This document shows positions 36,782 to 46,985 of a DNA stretch of 64,000 nt, piece by piece; positions within the stretch are counted from its first letter, which is position 1, and the number at the start of each line of letters is the position of its first letter. Both the position numbers and the translations under genes were made by a program. The stretch covers positions 1 through 64,000 of the IMG/VR virus record IMGVR_UViG_3300042398_001156. One strand, 5' to 3'. This DNA is from a virus. The notes beneath the pieces are model-generated. The model was not told the origin of the DNA, searched no databases, and saw only the letters and a program-made list of their open reading frames with translations.

Positions 36782-37681
36782 ATGACAACAGCAGAAATAG
36801 TACAACGTATGCGTGATGACCTTTCAAAAGGTCTAACTAAAGTTGTATCTAACGATGGCTATCGATACTATACGGATACATTAACTCAACAAATTATTGT
36901 ACCGATTACTACCCCAGATGAAACTGCCTTGCTCTATGAAAAGCTAATGATTAATACAATCAGTGCTAAACAAGATGCAAGCAAAGATTTATTCTCAACA
37001 CTACCAAGAGCATCCATGTTCGTAGGTCAACCAGATACTGGTAAGACTTATCGAGCAGAAGAAATCGCTAAACAATGTGGTATCGAACCACTGTTTAAAA
37101 TGTGTAGAGATAATCTTAACCTCGAAACTTTATTCGAAGACTTTAAATTACTGGATGGTAAACCTACATTCGAAGAATCACTTGCTATTAAAATGATGAG
37201 CGATCCACAGAAGCGTAGATACATTATCATCTTAGATGAATTCAATACCCTGTTAACCGGTGTAATGAAAACATTCCAACCTATCCTTGATGATACGTCA
37301 ACCACATTTGAGTATCGAGGTAAGGTCTATCATAAAAATTTTAACTGCAAATTTATTGTTACCTTAAACGATAAAGATAAAGGTATCAGTATTGTTCCCG
37401 ATGCAATCTTATCACGCGTTGAACTCACGTTCTTTGAACCAGTTCCAACCAGTACAATTGCTAAGTGGACAACTGTAAATGTTGAATGGATTAATAATCT
37501 ATTTAATATTTATAAAGTGTTAGGTCTTACTAACATCTTTGGTACACGCCAAGTAAAAATATTATATGGCAAACATATCGATCGTATTCGTAATCATCTC
37601 TATGGCATTTGCAAAATGACAAAGACAGATGATAAGCTACTCGACACATTGCAAGTACAACAACTTGTAAATAAATTATAG
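36782..37681 (+). CDS. MoxR/AAA_5-type ATPase
   Basis: GQPDTGKT Walker A, IILDEFN Walker B, VTLN sensor, PDAILSR arginine finger. Confidence 0.85.
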   Translation: MTTAEIVQRMRDDLSKGLTKVVSNDGYRYYTDTLTQQIIVPITTPDETALLYEKLMINTISAKQDASKDLFSTLPRASMFVGQPDTGKTYRAEEIAKQCGIEPLFKMCRDNLNLETLFEDFKLLDGKPTFEESLAIKMMSDPQKRRYIIILDEFNTLLTGVMKTFQPILDDTSTTFEYRGKVYHKNFNCKFIVTLNDKDKGISIVPDAILSRVELTFFEPVPTSTIAKWTTVNVEWINNLFNIYKVLGLTNIFGTRQVKILYGKHIDRIRNHLYGICKMTKTDDKLLDTLQVQQLVNKL

Positions 37682-37693
37682 AAAGGAATAGTC

Positions 37694-37948
37694 ATGGACT
37701 TTGAATTATTTTATCCCATCACTCAAGAAGAATACGAAAGTATTCAACGCGACCAATGTAACGGTGTTATTAAATACACAATTAAAAAGCCATTAGAACG
37801 ATCAGATCTTAAAGATCTAAATAAAATCATGGCTGTCTGTGGTGTCAACGATACCTATAGACACATTGGATACATAGACTTATGGGATGTATGGCAATCC
37901 GAAGACAAGTTATACTTAAGACACAGAGTCCTTGACTCAACCGATTAA
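37694..37948 (+). CDS. Hypothetical protein
   Basis: GAAAGGA RBS. Confidence 0.65.
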   Translation: MDFELFYPITQEEYESIQRDQCNGVIKYTIKKPLERSDLKDLNKIMAVCGVNDTYRHIGYIDLWDVWQSEDKLYLRHRVLDSTD

Positions 37949-37949
37949 C

Positions 37950-39554
37950 ATGGAAGAAAATAAAAAACCAGTTGATCCTATCAAGCAAGCATATGCAAAT
38001 GTGCTTCAGTTTATTACAAACAATTTTTATACAAGTGATGGTAAAGAAATTAAAGTCATCATTAACAATGAAGACACAGATAATATGTACGATGGTAATA
38101 AGATTGTCCTAAGTGAATCACTTATGGATGCTTACGGTACATTAAATTTACCAAGGTTCCTAATTTATTATCATGAATTAGGACACCATTTGTATTCCAA
38201 AGGTTTATTTGTAATGTTAGAAACATGGCGCAAGATAAATACTGGTCCATTAAAATGGATTGAACACTATCACCATCTAATTAATTGGATTGAAGATTTT
38301 TATATCGAAAAGAAATTAAAGAAAGATCATAGTTATCTTACTGATGTCATCGACTGTATTCGCAAACTTAAACCAGAGTATGACATCACACAGCTACCGT
38401 ATGCATTCAATTATTATTATGTATACGAAGCCCCGACTCCTACCTTAACTTATGCTGATCAATTAATATTTAAAGGATACATTGATAAGCTCATGTCCTT
38501 TAGAGACACAAACAAAACCAGATTTGGTATGGGTATACTAACAACACTCAGTATTAAACCAAGTAATGAAACACAATTTGCTACAACAATCATTGAGTTT
38601 TATAACTGGTGCATAAGTAAAAAGATATTTGATAACACAAATAATCCACCACCTCCACCACTTAAAAATCCTAATCAACATATCAATCCTTTAGATAACA
38701 AAGGTCAGATACAACAATTCTTAGATAAACTTGATAAGCAAATAGGACCTGACAACCATTTAAATAATGGAGGAACAAGTACTGACCACAGTAAAACTGT
38801 AGGTGAGTTCGATTTTTACAAAGAAGAATCGCATATTAAACAACCTACTGATTTAATTAAAGGAGAACTTGTTCAAGAAAAAACTTTGATTAATAAAGAA
38901 CTATTGGATATGTCACAACGTATTCAAACAGACCATCATACATTAGATGGATTGTTTACAGCACAATACAAAGATTCTATTACTATACAACCAAAGGTTA
39001 ATGTTCTTAACTTCTTTAATCCACATCGCTTAGCCGATCAGAATTTGTTCTTAGAAAAAGGACATACCTATATGAACGTTGCAATTTATCGCGACATATC
39101 TGGTAGTACTGAAGGTTCTATCCACGAAATCATGAGTGATGTATGTGAACAACTATACAAAGATATACCTGTCGACATCACTTATTATTTATATGCAAGT
39201 GGTGACGTCAGTATTATCCAAGTACCTTATATCAAATGGTCTGATAGTAATAACACACCAAAACAATATGAAGAAGATCCACTCTATAAACAATTAAGTG
39301 GCGGTACAAACAGTGACGCAATTGCCGATGTCATTACCCAACAACTATCTGATAAATGGTTAAACATTATCGTAACCGATGGTGATCTAAACTCATTGAT
39401 GGCTAGACAAAACATTCACGCTTTGCTAAAGAATGTATTTGTCGTCTCTGTATCCAGTGAACTAGATAACAATTTAAAAGGTATTTCTATCCGAAATAAA
39501 AACGATGTAACAAGTATTAATAGTATGTTACAGTCAGTTAATTTGTCTGGTTAA
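37950..39554 (+). CDS. Metallopeptidase-like (HExxH) plus VWA domain protein, MoxR partner
   Basis: YYHELGH...N.IED..IE; C-terminal MIDAS DISGS...GGT...VTDG. Confidence 0.85.
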   Translation: MEENKKPVDPIKQAYANVLQFITNNFYTSDGKEIKVIINNEDTDNMYDGNKIVLSESLMDAYGTLNLPRFLIYYHELGHHLYSKGLFVMLETWRKINTGPLKWIEHYHHLINWIEDFYIEKKLKKDHSYLTDVIDCIRKLKPEYDITQLPYAFNYYYVYEAPTPTLTYADQLIFKGYIDKLMSFRDTNKTRFGMGILTTLSIKPSNETQFATTIIEFYNWCISKKIFDNTNNPPPPPLKNPNQHINPLDNKGQIQQFLDKLDKQIGPDNHLNNGGTSTDHSKTVGEFDFYKEESHIKQPTDLIKGELVQEKTLINKELLDMSQRIQTDHHTLDGLFTAQYKDSITIQPKVNVLNFFNPHRLADQNLFLEKGHTYMNVAIYRDISGSTEGSIHEIMSDVCEQLYKDIPVDITYYLYASGDVSIIQVPYIKWSDSNNTPKQYEEDPLYKQLSGGTNSDAIADVITQQLSDKWLNIIVTDGDLNSLMARQNIHALLKNVFVVSVSSELDNNLKGISIRNKNDVTSINSMLQSVNLSG

Positions 39555-39583
39555 CACCAGAGAAAAGGAGTATAATTATATAG

Positions 39584-40522
39584 ATGAATATCTATCAACT
39601 CGTCTTCGGTGTTGACTCTGGACAAGTCAACTGTGCCTTTCATGATGACTCCAGACCTAGTGCTGGCATAAGTCATGAAGGGCAATACAACTGTCTAACT
39701 TGTGGAGCAAAAGCCCACAATGAAATTGGATTTATATCTAAGTACTTTGGCGTCAGTCAAAGATATGCAGCAACAATCCAATCGTCTCTGATCAAAGCAG
39801 AAGAGTATAAGTATAACAAGAATCCAATTAGTGAAGAACAAAACAACTACCTTAAAGGCATAGGCCTTAGTGATGCAATCATAAAAGATAATTTCTTTAT
39901 GGCATCCACAGGTAAGTTAATGTACGAACACAAATGGAATGGAGTTAGAGTAGGTACAACTTGGTTTAACAATCCAGGTTTATCTAATCACAATGCTACT
40001 GCTGCTAAGTACAAGTATGGTCCAGGTGTATTCTCAGGAATGCTAACACCTTATGATGTTGTTCAAGCTAACAACACAATCATTATTTGTGAAGGCGAAA
40101 AGGATATGCTAACAGCACGATCCCAAGGTATTACCAATGCAGTTGCTAAGCTTGGTGGTGCTAAGTCTTATATCATCGGAGGTAAAAATCTAGAGAACAA
40201 AAATGTTGTCTTGGTTTATGACTGTGATGAAGCAGGTAGAGCTGGTGCAAAACAAGATGCGCAAATACTTACGGAACGTTTTAAGTGCAAAGTTAAAGTC
40301 ATTGACTTAGGTTTAGGCGACGCCGAAGACCTCAATGATTTCTTTGTCAAACATAAAAAGACACCGCAAGATTTGTATAATCTATTTAAGACCACGCCTA
40401 TTTACATAGCCGAACCAGAAACGGCGTTATCGAAACTACATAAGCTTGTATCTAAACTCACACCCGATGAGATCGATCAACTCGTAGTTATACTGAAAGA
40501 AAAACAAGGAGAAAAACAATGA
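39584..40522 (+). CDS. dnaG: DnaG-type primase (Zn finger + TOPRIM)
   Basis: CAFHDDSRPS...CLTCG; ICEGEKD; YDCDEAG; DLND. Confidence 0.9.
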   Translation: MNIYQLVFGVDSGQVNCAFHDDSRPSAGISHEGQYNCLTCGAKAHNEIGFISKYFGVSQRYAATIQSSLIKAEEYKYNKNPISEEQNNYLKGIGLSDAIIKDNFFMASTGKLMYEHKWNGVRVGTTWFNNPGLSNHNATAAKYKYGPGVFSGMLTPYDVVQANNTIIICEGEKDMLTARSQGITNAVAKLGGAKSYIIGGKNLENKNVVLVYDCDEAGRAGAKQDAQILTERFKCKVKVIDLGLGDAEDLNDFFVKHKKTPQDLYNLFKTTPIYIAEPETALSKLHKLVSKLTPDEIDQLVVILKEKQGEKQ

Positions 40523-40971
40523 ACAAACCTTCATTAAAAGACATTCTAATTAAGGACGCAAACACTGCCAAGACCCAAGGTGGTATTGTCAACGAAGTGT
40601 TGGCACCTGGAAGTTATGTTGCTAAAGTGTTAGGCTTCACCGAAGAAGAAGCTTATCAATTCGTCACTGTTGAAATCAACAAGAAGAAATTTAATTTCTT
40701 TTACAACTACCACTTACGTGGCACAACTGATTTAGATGGTACGTTAATCAACTGGATCAAAGCGTTAGCTACAATCCCAGTTAAAGATACTACATCACTA
40801 TTAGAAATTGCTAACAGTGCAATCGGTTCCAGTTATAAAGTTACTATCTATAACTACGTATCAAAAACTGGTAAGAACGCTGGCAAAACTCAACACGGTA
40901 TTTCTTTCAAAGATAAACCAGTGTTAGAAACCACAACGATTCAAACAGAACAAGTTGAATTACCATTCTAA
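40519..40971 (+). CDS. Putative single-stranded DNA-binding protein (DUF669-like)
   Basis: LAPG.Y.AKV OB-like start and C-terminal ELPF tail; located in the replication module. Confidence 0.55.
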   Translation: MNKPSLKDILIKDANTAKTQGGIVNEVLAPGSYVAKVLGFTEEEAYQFVTVEINKKKFNFFYNYHLRGTTDLDGTLINWIKALATIPVKDTTSLLEIANSAIGSSYKVTIYNYVSKTGKNAGKTQHGISFKDKPVLETTTIQTEQVELPF

Positions 40972-41030
40972 ATAATACAAAACCTTGCGGTGTATAGGTA
41001 AACCGCTTTCTTAAAGAAAGGAAAGACATT

Positions 41031-42353
41031 ATGAAACACGCCTATCTGTTATATACAGGGTATGGTAAAACTAAAATGTGTTTAGATAAAATAATGGCTG
41101 CTCCTACCAAACCAAGAACGTTACTTATAAGTACAAAAAACGTGATTGAATCTTCATGGATAGGCGAAATAAATAAGTGGTACAAAGATAAAATATCTTA
41201 CGGATATATTACAGGTAAACTTAAAGAAGAAGATCGTATACAAGTTGTTAATCAACAGTTCGATATCTTCGGAATGAATACCGAAATGATTGACTGGTAC
41301 ATCAGTCATACCACCGATGTTAAACGTAAGTCTTATGGCAAACAAGGTGTTAAATTACACTACGACGAACAACAATTGATTGATCGTTTCGATCTATTAA
41401 TCATTGACGAAGTAAGTTTGTTTAAGAACTATCGTTCACAAAGGTTTAAACTTATTAAGAAGTGGGCACATCAAATCAAAAACGTTATGATTCTGTCTGC
41501 CACACCAACACCTAAAAATATAGAAGACATATGGGCACCCATCTATTTACTAGACGGTGGTCAACGCTTAGGATATACCATCACAGAGTTTAGAACTAAC
41601 TATGCTATACCTGTACCATTAATGAATGGGCAGAATCGTTATCAATATTCTATTGAAGCGACCAATCATATTCTAAACCTTATCAAAGATGTATCAACCA
41701 GTATACCTGAGCCAGACCAACCATTGTTTCCAGAGCCTATTGTCAAGAAACTTATTATTAAACCAGACCCAATCACTGAACAACTGTTAAAACAATTTAA
41801 ACAAGACTTCATTATCAAACTTGATAACGGAAATAATCTTATTGCTTTTAGTAAGACTCAGTTGATTAATAAGATTAACCAGATAGCTAGTGGTAATGTG
41901 TATAACCAAGATCAAGTTGTTCATCTTAATGAACTAAAGATCCGAGTATTAATGCAACGCATTAGTACAATTACTACGCCAATATTAATTACATATACAT
42001 ATGTATTTGATAAAGAACAATTACTTAAGATACCTGGCACACGATTGTTATCTAACAAAGAAGATTTCGAAGATTGGAATGCCAACAAAATAAAAATTGG
42101 TATCCTTAGTCCATTCAGTGCAGCACACGGACTTAACCTACAGTACAGTGATTGCAAAGATATATTCTGGTTCAGTCCAATATGGGACACAGAAAAATGG
42201 ATACAAACAAACGCACGTATATGTAGACGTGGTCAAACAAGAGAAGTAACTGTCAATGTTTTATTACTTAAAGATAGTTATGACGAATACGCATTTGAAT
42301 TGTGCCAAGAAAAATTCAAAGCACAGTATAGTAACTTAGTAAAACTAAGATGA
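41031..42353 (+). CDS. SNF2-family SF2 helicase
   Basis: TGYGKT, IIDE, LSATP, HGLNLQ, QTNARICRRGQ. Confidence 0.9.
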   Translation: MKHAYLLYTGYGKTKMCLDKIMAAPTKPRTLLISTKNVIESSWIGEINKWYKDKISYGYITGKLKEEDRIQVVNQQFDIFGMNTEMIDWYISHTTDVKRKSYGKQGVKLHYDEQQLIDRFDLLIIDEVSLFKNYRSQRFKLIKKWAHQIKNVMILSATPTPKNIEDIWAPIYLLDGGQRLGYTITEFRTNYAIPVPLMNGQNRYQYSIEATNHILNLIKDVSTSIPEPDQPLFPEPIVKKLIIKPDPITEQLLKQFKQDFIIKLDNGNNLIAFSKTQLINKINQIASGNVYNQDQVVHLNELKIRVLMQRISTITTPILITYTYVFDKEQLLKIPGTRLLSNKEDFEDWNANKIKIGILSPFSAAHGLNLQYSDCKDIFWFSPIWDTEKWIQTNARICRRGQTREVTVNVLLLKDSYDEYAFELCQEKFKAQYSNLVKLR

Positions 42354-42365
42354 AAGGGGACCTGT

Positions 42366-44354
42366 ATGGTCAAATATCTTATCTATGATACTGAAACCTC
42401 AGGTCTCAATATCATTTCCGACAAGCCGTTTATGTTTCAATATGGATTGGTTGATCACAACTTAGAACTATTAGAAACCAAATGGTTTCACGTGAAAGAT
42501 ACTGCAAGTCGTGATATGTTTGTACAACATTTGAATAGTATTCAAACGATTGTCGGACATAACATTAAGTTTGACGTGCACATGGCCATCAATCATGGTA
42601 TCGATTCAAAGTTATTTAGTAATAAAAACTTCATTGATACCGCTGTATTAGCCAGACTAGTACTAGACCATGACATTCAAACAGACAAAACATTTTCTGT
42701 TGCGTTAAAAACACTAGGTGTTCGATACTTAGGTATTGATTCTAACCAAGAAGAACGTTCATTGAAAATGGAACTTAGCCGACTTGTGTCTGAACACAAA
42801 CAAAAGATGAAAGATTATTTTACAGCCAATAACTTATGGGATACAAAACAATCTGCTACTAATCAAACCAAAACACTTAACCATATATATAGCGATTGGA
42901 ATAAAGTATTTCATTTGTATCCACAATACACAGCAATAAGAAAACAATTCTTACAAGCTAATCCAGAACCAACCTATGAACAATGTTCTAACGTTGTGAC
43001 TTATGGTCTTACTGATATTAGATTGACCCATGGTTTACTTAAACTATGGTTCCCTAAAGTGGTACAACTTCAACAAGTTGAAACACTTAAACGTATTAGT
43101 AATGCAACCTATCCACTTGTTGTGATGGAACGTCAAGGTCTTACTGTCGACGTTAAACAAGTACTTAAAGATAGAGCTAAAATCGTAGATGAATTATCTA
43201 AGACAAAGATTGTTGATACAAGAACGAACACTGAGTTATCCATTGGTCAACACGCTAAGCTTAAAGACTTATACGAATATGAATCCGGTGAACAATTAGA
43301 AAGCTCTGATAAAGAAACACGTAGTGAGATCGAAGATGTATCTCCAGCTGCTAAAGCAGCAAATTACATAGCTAAATTAGATAAGTATCTTAATACCTAT
43401 GTTCGTTCTATATTAGATAAGCTTACAATATTCAACGGTGAGTACCGTGTCTTTACCCAATACAACTTAGCCGGTACTATTACAGGTCGTTTATCTTCTG
43501 ACTTCCAACAGTTCCCTAAAGAACCAATTACATTAGCCGATGGAACAGAAGTTAATATTCGTAGTTGGTTTGTAGTCCCAAGCAAAGACAAGTACATGTT
43601 CTACTTTGACTACAGTCAAATGGAACTACGCTTGCAATGTGAATGGACTAACATTGTAAATGGTGAGCCAGACATTAACATGGTCCGCGCTTTTACACCA
43701 TACAAATGTATACAACGAGATGGTAAATACTATCTTGAAGAAGACCAAACTAAAGAGTGGAAGCCCACTGACTTACATGGCTTGACTACAAAGAACGCAT
43801 TCCCAGGCATCGATGAAACACATGCTGACTGGAAGAAATACCGACAACTCGGTAAGCGTACGAACTTCGCAGTTAACTATGGCGCTGCTGCACCTAAGAT
43901 TCAACAAGCATTAAAGGTAGACTTTCCTACTGCACAAGCATTAGTACAAGGTTATCGTAAAGCTTTTGCTGGTGTTGTCGCCTTTGGTAAGTGGATTAGT
44001 AACCGTGTTTATATCACGGACAATATCCCTAACCTATTACTGCGTCGATACTTTAGCCGCAACAAACATCAACTACAAAACTGGTTGGTGCAAGGTAGTG
44101 GCGCAGACATTCTATTACTAAAGCTCAGAGAGATCTATGAGTATATTAAATCTAAACCACACTGGAAGTTTATGATTACAGTGCATGATGAATTAGGATT
44201 TGTATGTTCTGATATCCCTGAAGCCCAGCTTAAAGAAGAAGTAAAATATATACAAAACTTAATGACACATAGCATGACTGCTGTTGATATCATTAGTGAT
44301 GTAGAATACACCAAGACCAAATGGTCAGAAAAGGATGAGTGGCATGGAGTTTAA
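42366..44354 (+). CDS. polA: Family A DNA polymerase with 3'-5' exonuclease
   Basis: YDTETSGL, GHNIKFD, Y...D; TGRLSS; motif A DYSQMELR; motif B R..GK..NF...YG; motif C VHDE. Confidence 0.95.
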   Translation: MVKYLIYDTETSGLNIISDKPFMFQYGLVDHNLELLETKWFHVKDTASRDMFVQHLNSIQTIVGHNIKFDVHMAINHGIDSKLFSNKNFIDTAVLARLVLDHDIQTDKTFSVALKTLGVRYLGIDSNQEERSLKMELSRLVSEHKQKMKDYFTANNLWDTKQSATNQTKTLNHIYSDWNKVFHLYPQYTAIRKQFLQANPEPTYEQCSNVVTYGLTDIRLTHGLLKLWFPKVVQLQQVETLKRISNATYPLVVMERQGLTVDVKQVLKDRAKIVDELSKTKIVDTRTNTELSIGQHAKLKDLYEYESGEQLESSDKETRSEIEDVSPAAKAANYIAKLDKYLNTYVRSILDKLTIFNGEYRVFTQYNLAGTITGRLSSDFQQFPKEPITLADGTEVNIRSWFVVPSKDKYMFYFDYSQMELRLQCEWTNIVNGEPDINMVRAFTPYKCIQRDGKYYLEEDQTKEWKPTDLHGLTTKNAFPGIDETHADWKKYRQLGKRTNFAVNYGAAAPKIQQALKVDFPTAQALVQGYRKAFAGVVAFGKWISNRVYITDNIPNLLLRRYFSRNKHQLQNWLVQGSGADILLLKLREIYEYIKSKPHWKFMITVHDELGFVCSDIPEAQLKEEVKYIQNLMTHSMTAVDIISDVEYTKTKWSEKDEWHGV

Positions 44355-45255
44355 TGACAAGACACATAAGTATTCACACGAAGGTATTGAATACATAAGC
44401 GTAACCCAGCTTATTAAAAAGTATGGACTATCCGTAAACTATGAAGGAATACCTGCCGACATATTAGAGAAAGCCGCAGCTAAAGGTAAAGCTATTCACA
44501 AACATTTAGAGTTATATATTAACGGAGACAAAAGTATGTTAGGAACAATCAATGAAGTTGATATGTTTGACAACTACATCAAGACCCGTGGTATAGAACC
44601 TATGACAGTTAAGTCAGAACAAATTGTTTATGACACAACCTACAAGATTGCCGGTACCGTTGACTTACAATATGTCGATGGACCTGACAATATTATTGCC
44701 GACTTTAAAACTACATCTAGTCTACACATAGATGCAGTCGCATGGCAACTTAGTATTTATAACTATATGTTATGTAAAGGTGACGTGATGAGTTACTACT
44801 TTAATAAACTTAAAGTATTCCATTACACTGGAACTAAACTATATGTTAAAGATGTATACCTTGTAGACTTTGATCAAGTCAAAGCTTTATTAGAAACAAA
44901 CCAACGAGGTGATGCTACATTTAATTATGTTAAACCTAACACCGTTGTTGCTGGTTCTGATGAACAATTAATTGGTCAAATACTAAACGAACTTGATACA
45001 CACAAAGGTGTGATATCTAAATTAGAAAGTGAGCTTGATGTGTTGTTAGATAAAGTTAGAGAAAAAATGGCAGCACAAAAAGACTACAGTTTTTATAACG
45101 ATCAATACACAATTAACTATGTACACCCACAAAACCGAAAGACACTCGATGCTACTAAAGTTAAACAACATCTTCTTAATAATGGTCAGAACATAGATGA
45201 CTTTATGAAAGAAACCTTAACCAAGGATAGTGTCAAAGCCGTTTTAAGAAAGTAA
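44335..45255 (+). CDS. PD-(D/E)xK exonuclease (Cas4/RecB-like)
   Basis: SVTQ, G.AIH..LE, E, IAGTVD, IADFKT, WQLSIY. Confidence 0.85.
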   Translation: MSGMEFNDKTHKYSHEGIEYISVTQLIKKYGLSVNYEGIPADILEKAAAKGKAIHKHLELYINGDKSMLGTINEVDMFDNYIKTRGIEPMTVKSEQIVYDTTYKIAGTVDLQYVDGPDNIIADFKTTSSLHIDAVAWQLSIYNYMLCKGDVMSYYFNKLKVFHYTGTKLYVKDVYLVDFDQVKALLETNQRGDATFNYVKPNTVVAGSDEQLIGQILNELDTHKGVISKLESELDVLLDKVREKMAAQKDYSFYNDQYTINYVHPQNRKTLDATKVKQHLLNNGQNIDDFMKETLTKDSVKAVLRK

Positions 45256-45261
45256 TAAAAC

Positions 45262-45286
45262 AGGGGGACTAACCCTCCCCCTTTTA
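45262..45286 (+). terminator. Intrinsic terminator
   Basis: AGGGGGA-N7-TCCCCCT followed by a T run. Confidence 0.6.
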
Positions 45287-45309
45287 TTAAGGCATAAGGA
45301 GGAAAAACA

Positions 45310-46221
45310 ATGCCAATAGTTTTGCAGTCAGCCGTCAAAATTCTTAAGCCCATTAAGGTAATGTCTTACGGACCAACCTATAGTGGCAAAACTCTCAGCT
45401 CTTTGTATCTAGCTGTGGGTGCAGTCATGAACATACGTAAATGTACTGAAGCTGAAGCATACAAACACATAGTCTTGATCGACACTGAGTTTGGTCGAGG
45501 CGCACTCTACAATAAGATTGGTTTATATAACTATCTTAAGATTGATCCGCCATACTTTACTGAAAAGTTAGTGACCATGCTAGCCGAACTCAATACGATG
45601 GAACAAGTTGATGTTATTATCATCGACTCCATTACCCACTTCTGGGTTAAAGAAGGTGGCATCTTAGATCAAAAAGCAATGAAGGATAAGCTAGGTGGTA
45701 ACTCATATACTAACTGGCAAGACTTTACAACTAAGTTCAATAAGATGATTGACTCTATCTTATCTTCACCTAAACATATCTTTGTCACAGCTCGTGCAAA
45801 GACAGACACTGCATTAGTGACTGGTGAAAATGGTAAGGCAACACCAAAGTCTTATGGCTTAAAGCCTGAACTTCGTGACAATGTTGAATACGATTTTGAT
45901 ATTGTATTTAACATCGACAAGATTAGCCACAACTTAATCGTTGACAAAGGTATACCTGGTTTAAAACCTGTGTATGAAATGGCTACACCAAAGACAGGTC
46001 AAGAAATCTTTGACTTGTTTACAGCCGATGCTACTTTACCCACACGTAGTAAAGCTGAAATTGCAACAAGTCTTAGACAAATTGCAAAGACCAACGATAT
46101 GATCCCGTTTGTTCAATTAGAACTACGTGGTCGTAAGCTCGAAGACTTAAACGAAGATGAGCTGAAAGCAATCGAAGCTATACTTCTTAATAACATCAAG
46201 AAGATGCAAGTTAAAAACTAG
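45310..46221 (+). CDS. Sak4-like (AAA_24) recombination ATPase
   Basis: GPTYSGKT, IDTE.G, IIDSITH.W..EGG.L, EYDFD. Confidence 0.85.
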   Translation: MPIVLQSAVKILKPIKVMSYGPTYSGKTLSSLYLAVGAVMNIRKCTEAEAYKHIVLIDTEFGRGALYNKIGLYNYLKIDPPYFTEKLVTMLAELNTMEQVDVIIIDSITHFWVKEGGILDQKAMKDKLGGNSYTNWQDFTTKFNKMIDSILSSPKHIFVTARAKTDTALVTGENGKATPKSYGLKPELRDNVEYDFDIVFNIDKISHNLIVDKGIPGLKPVYEMATPKTGQEIFDLFTADATLPTRSKAEIATSLRQIAKTNDMIPFVQLELRGRKLEDLNEDELKAIEAILLNNIKKMQVKN

Positions 46222-46252
46222 GTAAAATTGCGCTGGCATACCGCTTGGTAGT

Positions 46253-46576
46253 ATGCCTTTTAACTTTGAAAGGAGTACAGTGAATGTAAAAGAATTTTTA
46301 TCAGTAATTGATTTAACAAATATAAATCAATTTAAAATTAATAATGAAGTGCTTAGTTTAACTTATATCCAAACAGTATTATCACAGTATGATATAGATA
46401 CTGTAGAAATTAATACAAACTTCATGCCGTTAACTACAAAAGATATACATACTATTATACTATCAGACAACATAGATGATGCTGTTCAATATTTAAATAC
46501 TGAAACACATCTTCCTAATAGTCCTAGTTATATTAGTATTTCTATCAATATAAAATTAAAAGAAAGGAGAAAATAA
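46253..46576 (+). CDS. Hypothetical AT-rich protein
   Basis: ORF; a downstream GTG after AAGGAG may be the true start. Confidence 0.55.
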   Translation: MPFNFERSTVNVKEFLSVIDLTNINQFKINNEVLSLTYIQTVLSQYDIDTVEINTNFMPLTTKDIHTIILSDNIDDAVQYLNTETHLPNSPSYISISINIKLKERRK

Positions 46577-46577
46577 A

Positions 46578-46844
46578 ATGTTTAAATTTGAATACAACGG
46601 AGTTATTTATCAAGCAAAGTCTATTGAAAAACTTCAACAAATTCTACAAAAAGCAGGTTTAAAAATTGATATGGAAACTTTATTACTTAATGAACAACAA
46701 GAAATTTTAAATGAAGTATTAAATGAACAATCAGAAATTGCTAATGAACAATCAGAAATTGCTAATGACGAACTTCAAGATATTATTAACGAAGAATATG
46801 CTGAACAATTAGCAGATAAAAAAGTTAATAACAAACTAAATTAA
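46578..46844 (+). CDS. Acidic hypothetical protein with NEQSEIA tandem duplication
   Basis: AAGGAG RBS; 21-nt direct repeat AATGAACAATCAGAAATTGCT x2. Confidence 0.7.
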   Translation: MFKFEYNGVIYQAKSIEKLQQILQKAGLKIDMETLLLNEQQEILNEVLNEQSEIANEQSEIANDELQDIINEEYAEQLADKKVNNKLN

Positions 46845-46874
46845 TGTTATCGTCTAGCCCACGTTACGGGCTTT

Positions 46875-46985
46875 CTAACTAAACTTTTTATTGGGGTAGT
46901 CGGGTAAGACAATCTATAAACCTTATGGGCTAAAGATTGTAACGTGGGTTCAACTCCCACCTACTCCACCAAAAAGTTTAGTTAG
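46875..46985. repeat. 15-bp perfect inverted repeat enclosing the tRNA-like RNA
   Basis: CTAACTAAACTTTTT (46875-46889) / AAAAAGTTTAGTTAG (46971-46985). Confidence 0.85.
46893..46971 (+). ncRNA. tRNA-like RNA with alanine identity (G3:U70, A73, CCA), resembling a tmRNA tRNA-like domain without mRNA domain
   Basis: Acceptor GGGGTAG/CTACTCC-A-CCA; T arm GTGGG-TTCAACT-CCCAC; stemless D loop ending in GAC; ACAATCT/AGATTGT helix with an 18-nt non-anticodon loop. Confidence 0.7.

Noticed and set aside
27513-44354. Z-base (2-aminoadenine) or other modified-base pathway
   Set aside because: MazG and PolA are present, but no PurZ, DatZ or other modification enzymes are seen
44335-45255. CRISPR-Cas system (Cas4-like gene)
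   Set aside because: Typical phage recombination exonuclease beside Sak4; no array or other cas genes
46893-46971. Canonical tRNA-Ala
   Set aside because: No D stem at the canonical position and no 7-nt anticodon loop; reported as a tRNA-like ncRNA instead
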